From: Octopus sinensis
Taxonomy: Eukaryota
NCBI RefSeq assembly: GCF_006345805.1
Contig: NC_043013.1
Location: forward strand, 54,622,001-54,686,000
Length of the DNA: 64,000 nucleotides
Direction of reading: 5' to 3'
Both the position numbers and the translations under genes were made by a program. A model generated the notes under the pieces. That model did not search any database and was not told the origin of the DNA. It was given only the letters and a program-made list of their open reading frames with translations. How positions within the stretch are numbered: position 1 is the stretch's first letter; the number at the start of each line of letters is the position of its first letter. Positions 1 through 12,600 of this stretch are shown here, in pieces.

Positions 1-122
1 TTCTTATATACTTACATAAACACACACACATACACATGTTTGCATACATCTGTTGGTGTGTTTACATTCCTGTAACTTAGTGGTTTCGTAGGAGAGACCG
101 ATAGAATAAGCCCCATGCTGAA

Positions 123-270
123 GTACTGCCTTTTAGTTGAAGAAATCAAACCCTGGACTTATTCTTTGTAAGCCTGGTGCTTATTCTATTGGTCTCACCT
201 GCCAAACCACTAAGTTACAGAGTTACAGGGATGTAAACACACCAACATCGATGGTGGTGGGGACAAACAG
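123..270 (-). mobile_element. 3' module of SINE family A (fragment)
   Basis: Reverse complement matches the 3' module of the full copies at 35735-36120 and 58781-59188 (gtgtttacatccc.gtaac..ag.ggtt.ggca...gagacc.atagaataag..c.aggcttacaaagaataag). Confidence 0.8.
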
Positions 271-398
271 ACACACACACATACATGTATGTATATATAC
301 ATATATATATATAGATGTGTATATAGGCATATATATTACATATAAATATATACATATATATAGATGTGTATATACATATATATTACATAAATATATAC

Positions 399-434
<36 letters not shown>

Positions 435-454
435 ATATATATGTATATATATAA

Positions 455-632
455 AAAGCACCCACTACACTCACGGAGTGGTTGGCATTAGGAAGGGCAT
501 CCAGCTGTAGAAACACTGCCAGATCAGACTGGAGCCTGGTACAGCCTTCTGGCTTCCCAGACCCCAGTCGAACTGTCCAACCCATGCTAGCATGGAAAAC
601 GGACGTTAAACGATGATGATGATGATGATGAT
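455..632 (+). mobile_element. Family C: RTE-LINE-type 3' tail element ending in (GAT)n
   Basis: ggcattaggaagggcatccagctgtagaaac...aacccatgctagcatggaaaacggacgttaaacgatgatgatgat; at least 12 homologous copies occur in the window. The RTE affinity is inferred from the (GAT)n tail. Confidence 0.75.
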
Positions 633-1902
633 ATGTGTGTGTGTGTGTGTGAAGATAATAAATAAATTTCACAGATTTTATGAGTGGCTGGAAGTAAGTC
701 TTTCACATAAGTTACCTGTTAAGCAGCACCCTAAAATGCACCAATTCTATAGATTGCTGAACAAAAATTAGTTCAAGTTTGATCAAATTCAGTCTCAGCT
801 AAATTTAGAGCCATGGTTGCCAGTTTTATCTCCTCTTGAATGGGCAGAATGTCACTGAAACTTGTATAATATCATCCACCCTGCAACTGCTCTCAGTTAC
901 TTCATGTTATCACAGATTGAGCTACACACTGGCAAAACAATTTGGCACAATTTTCAATGATTGGTTCGTCTTTTGAATTTCTTTCTTTTTTTTCAGACAA
1001 ATATTGATCTAAGCAACCGATAGATTCTCGATTTTTCAGGTAGTTACACTTTAGACATTTTAGACAACTAATTTTTTTTTATTTGTTTTGCTATCTTTTC
1101 ATTACATCATCTTTTCTCTTCATGTCTCTACCCTGCCTTCCTCTCTCCTCCTTGTCTTCTTCTTTTCCTACAGAAATAAATTAGAGATGAACCAAATGCA
1201 AATCGTATTTCATTAAAATTACTTAAAGGAAATGATTTTGAAATATTGATCTGATTAAAGTCATCTTTCTCAGAATGGTATCTTTTGTCCAAATTCTACT
1301 CAACTTTCTTTGAAAAATTAACTAACTTCATAATTGCGATTTGGAATTTCTTTCAATGTTTTCCTTTCCTTATTTATTTTTTCATTTGTATGTTTATATT
1401 TCTATCCTTTTCTTTTTATTTTGTTATCATTTAATCATTAATAAAACATGCAATTTACAATGTATACAAACATGTGAATGTGTGTGTGTGTATATGTGAG
1501 TGTATATGAAATAAACAAAATTACATACCCACCAGTGAACATATCCTGCCCCCTGCCCACCCCCAACAGTTCTTAGCAATGAATAAATTGGAAAGAACAA
1601 TGACCAACAGCAAGAAACTGTCAGTGGCTGTCTCCGCTAGACACAACCTTTCATCTGACATTATGAGAAGGAATTGGGGCTTAGGGTGGAGGAATATTGA
1701 AATAAATTCTAATTATGGTAATTAAAATTAGTTTTAGGAATGGTTTAAACCAGAAGCTCCCACCCTTTTCACTACCAAGGACTCCTTTTATTTAAGTGAG
1801 CTTTCTCACAGACCCCTTTTAATATGCTTATCCTTAATTCTTATTTCATTGTTTTGAATTAATCATGCATCATCTCATAGCTTTGAGATTTCAATAATGT
1901 GG

Positions 1903-2320
1903 TTATTACCTCTGCCTTAGTGAAGGCGGAGGTATTGTTTTCAGTCGTGTTTGTTTGTCCATAGGCAAGATGTCTCAAGAACCACTTCCTTTCTTTGTAA
2001 GGCCCTTGTGGCCAATTGAATGAATAAAAGATGTCTGAAGAACCACAGGATGGATTTGGATGAAACTCTCAGGGATGTTTGGCTTCATGATTGGCACAAA
2101 TTGATTAGATTTTGGGAGTGATTTGGTACCAGGCAAGGATTCTGGATTATTTTTCCAGTTTTTTTACTTAATTTTTGAGAACAGTTGGGTTCATTTTTTA
2201 TATTCTCGTTTGTGAGAGCAGTCAAATTTATTTCAGATATTCTCATTTTAAAAATCATCTCTGCCTCACTGTTGAGAGAACATTGATGTTGCCTTGCCGG
2301 AGGTTTGTTCCCTTTGAGTT
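1903..2320 (+). mobile_element. Non-autonomous Helentron-associated element (HINE/DINE-1-like), nested in a TTAA-type MITE
   Basis: 5' ttattacctctgcc with hairpin cctctgcctt-agtg-aaggcggagg (1909-1932), a (TTTG)n tract, the ggatggatttggatgaaact motif and a 3' sub-terminal repeat ccttgccggagg (2292-2303). The flanks join up to match the uninterrupted MITE at 34503-34723. Confidence 0.7.
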
Positions 2321-2855
2321 TATATTTAGAATGACATTGTTGGGTAGGTGAGAGAGGCTGAATCTGGCCAGTTTGAATGTAGAAAAAGATAGATTTTAGC
2401 CAGATTAAATGGTGAAGGGTTGAGAATTTTCTGCTTGCTTTACAATTAAATCAATAAAAGAATCCTTCCCATCAGGATTTCAATTCTAAGACATGAGAAC
2501 AAATTTAATTTGAAACAGAAGTTACACATCAAATTCCCAGGTTTTTGGGGGAGAACCACCACCATACCTTGAAGTATGATATTTTAGTGTATAGGACCTG
2601 GCATATGATGATGGCAGTTCTTTATCAACTTTCAGCTTGTCACCAATGTCTCAGGTTGTGCAAATATTTTAGGTGGGGATTGGTTATCCTAGTTGTCTCC
2701 CTTGGACATACATCACACTGAACACACTTCTAATACAAAAGCATGAATATATAATTAAAACTAATGTGTGTGTATCTATGTGCACATATATATGTATATA
2801 TGTGTGTGTGAGGATGCATATATATAGGTATATATGTATAAGCATATATAAAGAC

Positions 2856-2913
<58 letters not shown>

Positions 2914-2944
2914 AACATATACACATACATATATGCACACAGCC

Positions 2945-3106
2945 ACTATACACACTTTTTTCTCTCCTTGTTTTTTCTGTGTCCCTTTCTGTAGAAGAGC
3001 GTAGGCTCGAAATGTAAAAGACTTTTTCTATTCCTGAACATTATACTAATGCATCTGTTTGTTTTGTACACCACCAGTCTTCGTCTTTTGTTTTTTCATA
3101 AACTCT

Positions 3107-3110
<4 letters not shown>
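2945..3110 (+). mobile_element. Short element flanked by (TA)n/(CA)n tracts carrying an HHR-like core (Penelope pLTR/retrozyme-like)
   Basis: Homologous to the reverse complement of 28745-28955 and 29880-30100; contains the HHR-like fold at 2985-3020. Confidence 0.6.
2985..3020 (+). ncRNA. Minimal type I hammerhead-like motif, variant core (A6->U, C15.2->U)
   Basis: CUUU-CUGUAGA-A-GAGC[GUAG]GCUC-GAA-AU-GU-A-AAAG; stem I CUUU/AAAG, stem II GAGC/GCUC, triplet GUA. Confidence 0.55.
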
Positions 3111-3145
<35 letters not shown>

Positions 3146-5694
3146 TCTATATAGATGTGAGTGTGTGTGTGCGTGTAATTTTATCTCCTTTTCTCTGCCA
3201 TCTTGGGTCTGATGATTTTCTATGAAGCAATTATTTCTACAGTTCTTCCTTACCATTAACCACAAAGCCTCTGTGATTAAGAATGGAAACAATCTTTAGT
3301 CAGCCAGGCAAACTGGGGCAATTAGTAGTGTTATGTACCTTGACCATCAAGCAGCACAAACTCATTAGCTGTAGTGGTGGTCAGTTAAGTCCACAACCTT
3401 ATCTTAACTCCTCTTTTTCTCTCTCCCTTCTACAAACCCTCTCTCACAAAGATATTTTTATCTCTGTGTCTGGAGCAGATCCCCAAAAGTAATAAATTTT
3501 ATAATTATCCCAAACATAACCTTAACGAGCAAAGCAAATATATGTAATTTGGCAGAGAGAGGTCACAGAAATAACGGAGTAATTACTCTCTTCTTTATTT
3601 CTATCGGGAGATTTGTATTCTTTTTTTTTTTCATCCAGAAAATTTTCTAGTTTACAAAATTCCTTCTGTGCATGTGAACATCTATTGAAGTGTGCATATG
3701 TATGTGTGGATATGTGTATACATATATTTCAAGGTGTGCACACGTGTGTGTGTGTATGTGTGTGTGTGTGGATTTCTTCTTGTTTTCTCTATGAGGAGCA
3801 AGATTAGCCAGTGGAGTAACTGTTGCAACAGCAACATATTTGTGAAGATATAAATATCCAAAATGGCAGTGGAAACCAATATGAAAACTGTTATAAAACA
3901 TTATGTTATCATTTCTGATTCTATCTCACTCTTCTCAATACATATTATATATAGATGTGTGTGTGGGTGGGTGTTCAATCTTGAATTACGCTTAAGAAAT
4001 GCTGTGTTAAAATAACACTCCTTTCTTAATATCCAATAAGATATGCCCAAAGTTTACTTTTTGCCATTATCTTTCATTAATACCAATTTTCATGAAATTT
4101 GACTTGACGGGAAAATATCGTGAATGAATGTTCATGGTATTTGTAAAAGCATAAATTAGTTAAGAAAATGAAAAAAACTAGAAAAAAAAAGGCAAAAGAT
4201 CTTTAAGCATGTTAAGAGTTTTTGTTGGTTTCCATTAAAATTCGGTATAATGATTATGCAGAATGTAAATGAAGAGGATATTAGCCAGAGATCCTATCGC
4301 AACTAAGGAGCATTAAACACTAACTCTACTGTTACACAAGAAATAGTAGCCTGTGATAGTCAATTAACCTTTTGCTCGTTATCTGGCTACCTTTCTATCA
4401 TATAACAGGAGAAGAAGCAACACTTAGAGAAACACTGGATGGCTTTGTGAAATCTATCAGAAGCTAAAACATTGTGTGAGCTTTATAGAACATTTGAGGA
4501 AATAATTCCAGTTATCTTTAAATGATTTTTATGTTTATATTAACCTTTGGAAATTTCATTCTTAACAACTACTTTGTTAATACCACAATTCAAAGATTTA
4601 AATACATAAAAATATAAAATATTACATCTGAAGAAATTTAGAACTTGAGAATTCAGACAAATGAAGAACTGTCCTGATAACGTGCAGAAAATGGTAATAA
4701 AGATGCAGTTGCTTAATCCCAGATAAAGTTGTAATTAGTAAAAGACTTGACATCGAAACTGTCTCTTTTTCCATATATACATTTTGATTGGGGAGATAGA
4801 GCAGAGGCTTGAATGGCTAAATGATCAATAGAGGAGTCAATAAATATTTACTAAGCAATAAAAGGCTTCCATGTTTGGTCATTCAATGAACATGTTGCTC
4901 GATGGACATGGTCTTCAGATGTTATTACAACAAATAATCAGATTTGAACAGGGAACAACCATCCTCAACATTTTCCCTGAGTAATAAGTAGAATGGTTAC
5001 CAGCAGTTGGGCATTATGTTGAGATATGTCGAATAACTCAATACCTATAGACAGCAACAACACTGATGGTTGGTTAATGTTAAAACTAGATCAATATTAT
5101 AAAGTATTTCCTCCCCCCCTCTCTCTCTCTCTCTTTCTTTCTCTCCATGTATAATACCCACAGATGTTGGCAATCATGCTCTGCCATGCCCTCCCCTCTC
5201 TCCTACACATAACTTAGCTTGTTAGTTTACTTTTGTTATCATAAAGTCAGGAAAGAAGGAAGGCAGTGCCCATGACCCTTTACAGGGCCTTTGAGATTGG
5301 TGGTGGGGTGGGGGTGGTGCATCCTCAAACCAAAGACCCAGCTGAGTACTTGCAACAGGAGTGACTCAGCTAAAGATACTCAATGCGATGGGTGGTGTTG
5401 CTGTTTTGGGAGATGAGTTAAGTCTGCCATCCAAGTAATCCCATGGCCATATTTGAAGTCAAAACACGGAAAACTGGGATAAATATTGGAAGACATGCTG
5501 CAGTCCGGCATTCTTACAGTTCTGCCAAACTGTCTTTTTAGATTAGTATCTTTTCATCAGCCCTTGAAAAATCAAAGGTAAAGTTTACCTTGGCAGAATT
5601 TGAACTCTGCATGAAAAAAGTTAAAACAAATGCCAGGAGGCACTTTACCAATTCAGGCAATTAGCAGTCTTTCTGTGTATTTCTTTGTTCTTAT

Positions 5695-5995
5695 TGCTGT
5701 TTGTTCCTTCTCGAGCCATGCCTGGCTCATAAGAGCCGGTTTCCCGGTTTCCTTGGCATATAGGTTCCCCACCTGGATGGGACGCTGGTCCATCGCAGGT
5801 GAGCTGCTAGATGCAGGAGGAAAGAGAGAGAAAGTTGTGGCGAAAGAGTCAGCAGAAGTTCGCCATTACCTTCTGCCAGAGAAACGTGGAGCTTAGGTGT
5901 TTCGCTCATAAACACACACATCGCCCGGTCTGAGATTCAAACCCATAATCCCTCAACCACAAGTCTGCTGCTCTAACCACTAGGCCATGTGCCTC
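5695..5995 (-). mobile_element. tRNA-derived SINE family E (V-/Meta-SINE-like central region)
   Basis: On the minus strand: A box tggcctagtgg, B box ggtttgaatc, then cctgcgatggaccagcgtcccatccaggtgggg...gaaaccggg, which resembles the V/Meta-SINE conserved domain. Confidence 0.7.
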
Positions 5996-7805
5996 TCTTT
6001 GTTCTTATAAGAAACAGAAAGAGATGGCAGCGAGGAGTTATAATTTGAAAGTAATTGGAAAGACCAATATTCATAAACGATCAATAGAGCGCAAAATAAT
6101 CATCAGAGTAAGGAAATAAAGTAGTGGCAACTCAGTAATTAATTAAGTAATTATTTATAAAATATAACAAATTGGATGAAATTAAAAATCACAGATATAG
6201 TTATTGTATGGAGTGATATTCCTAGGTTTACTTTATTTTGGCAGTTCAGAATAGAAGAGTGCAAGGGTTAGACGTGAGGGTCATTACAGAACAACAATAA
6301 TGGTTTCATTATTGGGATTCATGAAGACGTTTGGAAAAAAAGGGATTTTAGAAAGAAATCAGCAAGTGTTGTTTCTCAGAAAGTCTTTTAGAAACAAAGG
6401 AAATGAAAATGAGAGAAGAAAAGAAACAAGTTCGATTTAGAGATGATGTGTTTGCACTTGAGATAACAAAGATATACAGAAAACAACAACAACAGTACTA
6501 ATGATTGCTTAGTACTTTTAAACAATAATAAGGAAAAAGTGATGAGTTAACATTTCTTGAGAAACTTCTTGTCTTCTGTTGTGAAACAGGACTTTAGGAT
6601 TATGTAATGTTGTTCACACACACACACACACTCATATATCATTTTTCCTATTTTTCTGTGTGTGTGTCTCTCTCTCTTGCTGCCTTTTCTCTCATATACA
6701 TACATACATTTTCTCTTGTATATACAGGAGAGATTATGTGCATACTTGAAGAGAAAGGACGGGTGTATAAAAGAAAGAAGAAAATAATACAGAGTGGGGA
6801 GATAGAATGAGACAGAAATGTATTATTATGTAGGTTTGTTGGTCAGTTTAGTATGTATCATTGATGCTTGTATCATTTGTTGCTACTATGCGCAGAGTTT
6901 TATTCAATGAGGTAAGAAAATTGTGGGCTTACGTTCTAAATAAATAATAACAAACTTTCTACAATAAAGTCTCTGTGATTCCATATTGATATCAGAAGAG
7001 TCCACAAGATATTGTTCTGTTGAGAATCACTCTATAAAGAATAGCATTATGACTTAAAGTCACTCATTTTCCTTCAATAAACAATGGTAATTTTAGCAAA
7101 AGTTACAAAACATGATTCTTTAAAAGTTCTTTAAATGTCAAACTTAAAAAACATTTACAGAATACCAGCAATCATTTTCACCATTATTGTTCTTTTCACA
7201 AAATTTTTTCACTGACTGTTTTTGGTTTTTAGAGTGGGTGGGTGGATGGTGCAGGACAGGTCTTTATTACTTCTGCTTTTCAGACATTTCACAGCAATTC
7301 TGTCTCTCATGTATGTATTATGTATCTTATCTTATTCATTGGACTGCAGCCATTCTGTGGCACTACTTGAATGGTTTAGCTGAACAAATTGATCCCTTTG
7401 GTTATTTTTTTGTGTCTACCTGTCTCTTAATGAACCATTAAATAATTGGGGACACAATGCACCGTGTATAGAGTATAATGTTTATAGGATGAAAATTAAA
7501 TGAAGAAAAGTAAAGAACATGATTTTATTTAAGAGATACAAGTGCAAGTTAATCCATTTGTAAAGCAGATATGTTTAATTTCCATGAACCCACTTAAAAA
7601 AGTGAGGAAGAGAAGTATTTTTATTATTCATATAGAAATAAAACAATTTCAAAATTAGGGTCTGTGTACTCAAGACAGGGTGCAGTATATTGCATGGTAT
7701 TGCACAGGATTTCCAGATTTCTAGAAATTCTAGATTTCTGGAAGCTGAATAAGAGGCTCAGAACTGTAATAGGTTCATCAAAGAATCTAGCAAGTTGGTA
7801 GGTTA

Positions 7806-7928
7806 GGTGTCTATCAGGGTTCTGTTCTTAGTCACCCTTTGTTAATAATAGTTCTCTAGAAGACCATAATGGAGAAGTTTAGGATTAGTTATTTCAGGGA
7901 AATTCTGTATACAGATGACCAAGTTCTT
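7806..7928 (+). pseudogene. Decayed RTE-clade LINE reverse transcriptase fragment
   Basis: Translates as GVYQGSVLSHPLLIIVL*KTIMEKFRISYFREILYTDDQVL, matching the RTE RT pattern GVxQGSVLSPLLFxxV...ELLYADDLVL, with one in-frame stop. Confidence 0.8.
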
Positions 7929-8051
7929 GTGTGTGTGGTGTGTGTGGCTAAAGGGAGTGAGATGTCATGAGGGGGAAATAATTTGTCCTTCACATTTGTG
8001 AATTTCTGTACTTAAACATACCTATGTGTGTGTGGTAATGTGTGCATAGAC

Positions 8052-8087
<36 letters not shown>

Positions 8088-9205
8088 TAAGAAATTAGTG
8101 ACTAAAGAATCAGCTTAAAGAGATTGATGTGTCTGCATGCAAGAAACACCACCATACCTGATATTTTCACTAATCTCTGACTAAATCATCATTTTATTAA
8201 TGACTATTCGCAGAATATTGAAATAAATATTTTTATATTCTCCCATAATCACATAATGATGTCTTCCACTGAATTAGGTCAATGTATTTGGCTATGAACA
8301 CTGTGTAATTAAGAAAACATCTGTTGCATGTATTTCAACAAACGATGGGAGAGGGAATGGTATGGTGGGTTGGAAGAATTGGTGGAGACACAAATTGTAT
8401 TTGGTTGTATTTTAGCTGCGTCCCTACATCTTCTTTCCCCCGAATGCTGCCAAGGTTGATTTTTATGTTGCATTTTCAGGGTTGCTAAAGTAAGTAGCCA
8501 TTATTTTCTGGGAGTGATTCAAACAGAGTATAACCACCTCATGACTGTATGATCTGGTCTGGTTGTTACAAGTGATGCATTTAGCCCAAGGAAGAAGATG
8601 CTGGCAATGTGTCTCTGGAACATTCCCAGAGCAACACTGACTTTGTAAAAGTTCTGACTGAGTGATTTTTGCAAGATAGGAAGAAAACATCTGAAGTAGA
8701 TCTTTTGAGCAGATGGATAAAATTGACTCTCTAATGAATATAATTAGCATCATCATCATCAGCAGCAGCAGCAGCCACTACTAATGAATGATCCCCACAG
8801 CATCCAGCCTTGTACTCATATATACACATATTTATACAAGATATATAGAGATGATGCATTGCAAATGCCCAAATGACCGTCCAACTCTCCAACACAATGT
8901 CTTATTAGAGCTATCATGTAGCAGACATGCATTCTCATTCCAGACACATTGTTTATAGAAGATTTATTTACATTGTTTTTGGTGCCTCTATTGTATAAGG
9001 GTAAAATTTATATACATACATGTATGTTTATGTGTGTGTATAAAAATATATTTACATATACATATGTACATAGTATACATACATAGACATATACAAACAC
9101 ACATACATATACACACTCATGCATATGCACAAATATACATATATACACACAGGCACATATATATGCATTTGTATGTAGACACATACCGTATATAATTTGT
9201 TTGTT

Positions 9206-9244
<39 letters not shown>

Positions 9245-9797
9245 CTATACACACATTAAACAGGTTTATACTATAATTCATAACAGGCTTAGTCTTAAGC
9301 CCTCTTTGACTTCACTCTCTTGAGGTTTTAATGATATATAATTATCTTTCATTTAAACGAACAGTAATCAAAAATAAGACAAATATTAGTCTTGATAACA
9401 GTCTATAATTAAAAGAAGGACATTGACTTTTCTCTCTCTTTGAAATCACAAGTTATATTTAGGTTCATATTTATTTCATGTAGGAATTCCAATATCTTCT
9501 ATCAAATATGCTGTATTATTCTTGCCTCTCTCCAACCGTGTTCTTGCTTGCCGTACACAGTTTGCCTATGCAGAGCAAAGTAAATTTAGCAGTTATCTTA
9601 CTCCGCCTTAAAACAGGTATCGTTTATCATAGGGTGGGATTTATTGCTATTGGGGGAACAGATGTGAGTGAACGAAAAGGGAAATAAACTTACATAACAT
9701 TCAATCTTGCTCAAAAAATATGTAAATTTAGTGAAATATTATGCGGTGTTGGGTATCATTACAACTGCAGCAAATATATAGCCATATATTTAGGTGT

Positions 9798-10230
9798 ATG
9801 AAATCAGATATTTCAGTAAAATATAATCATTCACATGTATGTGTGTGTTGTGTGTGGTGTGTGTGTGTATATATGTATATGAATATATATATGAATATAT
9901 ATACTGATATATATAAACTTATATATGAATGCATATAAATATAAGAATATACATACACACACACACACACATATATATGAATATATAATTATATATGAAT
10001 ATATATAAAAAATATATATATAAATAAATATATATTTGTATGCATATATATGAATATATATAAAAAATAAATATATATATATATATGAAATCAGATATTT
10101 CAGTAAAATATAATCATTCACATGTATGTGTGTGTTGTGTGTGTGTGTGTGTATATATATATATGAATATATATATGAATATATATACTGATATATATAA
10201 ACTTATATATATATATGAATGCATATAAAT
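9798..10230. repeat. Tandem duplication with a period of about 287 bp, bridged by (TA)n
   Basis: atgaaatcagatatttcagtaaaatataatcattcacatgtatgtgtgtgttgtgtgtg starts at both 9798 and 10085. Confidence 0.85.
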
Positions 10231-10477
10231 ATACATATCTGTGAATATATATAAATAAATATATAAATAAATAATACATAAATATTAGATATATATATAT
10301 TATATAAAAATATATATAATATATATTATTTTATATTATATATATAGTATACATATATATATACATATATATATATAATAATATATTATATTTATATTAT
10401 ATATATAATATACATATGATATATATAATATATTTATATTACATATATATATACATATGATATATATATACATATTC

Positions 10478-10570
10478 ACTCTCTTTTACTCTTTTACTTG
10501 TTTCAGTCATTTGACTGTGGCCATGCTGGAGCACCACCTTTAATCGAGCAACTCGACCCCGGGACTTATA
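10478..10570 (-). mobile_element. Terminal fragment of the SINE family A 3' module
   Basis: ctcttttactcttttacttgtttcagtcatttgactgtggccatgctggagcaccaccttta is the reverse complement of the family A end. Confidence 0.8.
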
Positions 10571-10874
10571 TTATATTTATATATATATATATATACATAT
10601 ATATATTATATTTATATTAAATTAATAAATAAAACATATGCATATATACATACATATATGTACGTACCTACCTCTACATGTATATATACATGCATATATG
10701 TGTACAGGACACCAAAAAAACGTCGACCACAATGAGAAATGAAAACATAAACACAAAACCAAGGAACTGGACATTTTTACTCAAACAATGTAAAAATAGA
10801 GTACAGGACAAATAACACAAGGAAAATTCCCCTTCTTCAGTCGCCATATAATATATATATATATATATATACAT

Positions 10875-10963
10875 AGGTGGTGCTATTAAGTACCAGGTGG
10901 TGCTATTAAGTTAGACATGGCCTGGGCCAATAATGGCCGAAACCTATCAAAGTATCAAAGTAT
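10875..10963 (+). mobile_element. 3' UTR and tail of a CR1-group LINE (very short 5'-truncated copy)
   Basis: ggtgctattaagttagacatggcctgggccaat...ggccgaaacctatcaaag is homologous to 11360-11419; it has a (TATCAAAG)2 tail and a 17-bp duplication at the 5' junction. Confidence 0.6.
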
Positions 10964-11021
10964 ATATAATATACATAAATATATAATATATATTCATATA
11001 TATATATAATATATATAATAT

Positions 11022-11075
<54 letters not shown>

Positions 11076-11087
11076 TATATCATATAC

Positions 11088-11119
<32 letters not shown>

Positions 11120-11120
<1 letters not shown>

Positions 11121-11417
11121 CACTGCAATATGTAAAACATGATTTCTTTTCCTCGACAGGCCCTGCCCTATTTAACATTGTCCTAAAAGAGATCAAATAG
11201 GAAGAGGATCCCATCAATTTTAAACGGAGTCTGGATAGATTCCTTCGAGGAATACCAGATAAGCCACCCATAATTAGATACAACTCACTCAACAAAAACT
11301 CACTACTTCAATGGACCATAAACAAAACTTGACTTAAACAGGATTTAGATAATCATATCAGGCGGTGCTATTAATTTAGACATGGACTGGACCAATCTTT
11401 GGTCGAAACATATCTAA

Positions 11418-11419
<2 letters not shown>
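11120..11419 (+). pseudogene. 5'-truncated CR1-group (CR1/Crack/Daphne-like) LINE, ORF2 C-terminus plus 3' UTR
   Basis: 11120-11332 translates as TLQYVKHDFFSSTGPALFNIVLKEIK*EEDPINFKRSLDRFLRGIPDKPPIIRYNSLNKNSLLQWTINKT*, matching the GPxLFNxLP...FKxxLDxFLxxIPDxP C-terminal signature. Confidence 0.75.
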
Positions 11420-11455
<36 letters not shown>

Positions 11456-11778
11456 TATGTATATTATATAATATATATGTGTATTATATATAGTATATAT
11501 ATATTATATTTATATTGTATTATAATATACATTATATATATATAGTATATATTACATATGTTATGTATATATAGTATATATTACATACGTTATATATATA
11601 TATATATAGTATATATACATAATATATATACTATATATACATATGATATAATATATATATATATATATAATAATATATATATATATCATATATATAAATA
11701 TAATGTATATATTATATATTATATATATATATATATATAGTATATATATATATATTGTGTATATACATTGTATATATA

Positions 11779-11813
<35 letters not shown>

Positions 11814-12469
11814 ATATATATGTTTATATATATCTATATATAATTGCAAAATTCATACACACACATGCACATATAGTTGCAACATTAACGCATACATATA
11901 TATATAACTGCAAAATTAACACACACACACACATATATATCTTTCTATGTATGTATGTATGTGTTCATGGCTGTATTTATGTATGTATGATTTTATGAAT
12001 ATTGTGGACATGTAAACAGTGTATGGAAATAATTAGCTAAGTTATGATTAAGCTATTTCCATTAGATCAAGATATAAATATAATTGGTGTTATTAATTAT
12101 TGCATTCTAATTACCAAGTTTTTAAAACATTTTATTTAATGTCTAACACGTTGCAAATATCATCAAGTATGTATATATATATGCATATATACACACACAT
12201 AAGCACACACACACATAGAAATATCAAACTGGCTGGGTTAACTAAAACATTGGACAGAGTACCTTGTGATATAAGTTCTAACTTCCTAGTTTCAGAGTTC
12301 AAATCCTGCTCAAGTCAGCTTACACACTTTTCCTTCCACTCTCAAGTACCAGTCAAGTAACTAACATCATTTTTTAACTTTTTCTCTCTCTCTCTCCCTC
12401 CCTCTCACTCCCCTTTCCCTTCTTTCACACTCTCTCTCAGATTTGGCTTTGTCTTCAGTGGAAGAAGAG

Positions 12470-12600
12470 ACCTAGGTGACCACCCACATTGAGCTTGTTC
12501 TCCAAAATGGAGAAGGTTTGAGATGCCATTGCACATTTCTCTAAATCAAACTCATCATCCACTCGAAGACTGACTGAAGAGGAGATTAGCAGAGAAAAGT
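12470..12600 (-). pseudogene. Possible very decayed RTE-clade ORF2 fragment
   Basis: Minus strand reads SLRVDDEFDLEKCAMASQTFSILENKLNVGGHL, which loosely resembles the RTE motif RIDDEIxxRIAKASxAFGRL. Confidence 0.35.

Noticed and set aside
4690-4770. Hammerhead candidate ending CAUC-GAAAC-U-GUC (similar GAAAC-U-GUC on the minus strand at about 43925-43950)
   Set aside because: No CUGANGA box in register; recovering one would need three or more changes.
5900-5995. tRNA gene (also considered for heads at 20291, 35735 and 58781)
   Set aside because: A and B boxes are present, but there is no complete cloverleaf with acceptor stem, and each runs straight into a multi-copy SINE body.
10690-10850. 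Minus-strand CUGAAGA-AGGGGAA...UUCC in a TA-flanked island
   Set aside because: The GAAA box and stem III are absent. It may be a truncated relative of the HHR elements but cannot be called a ribozyme.
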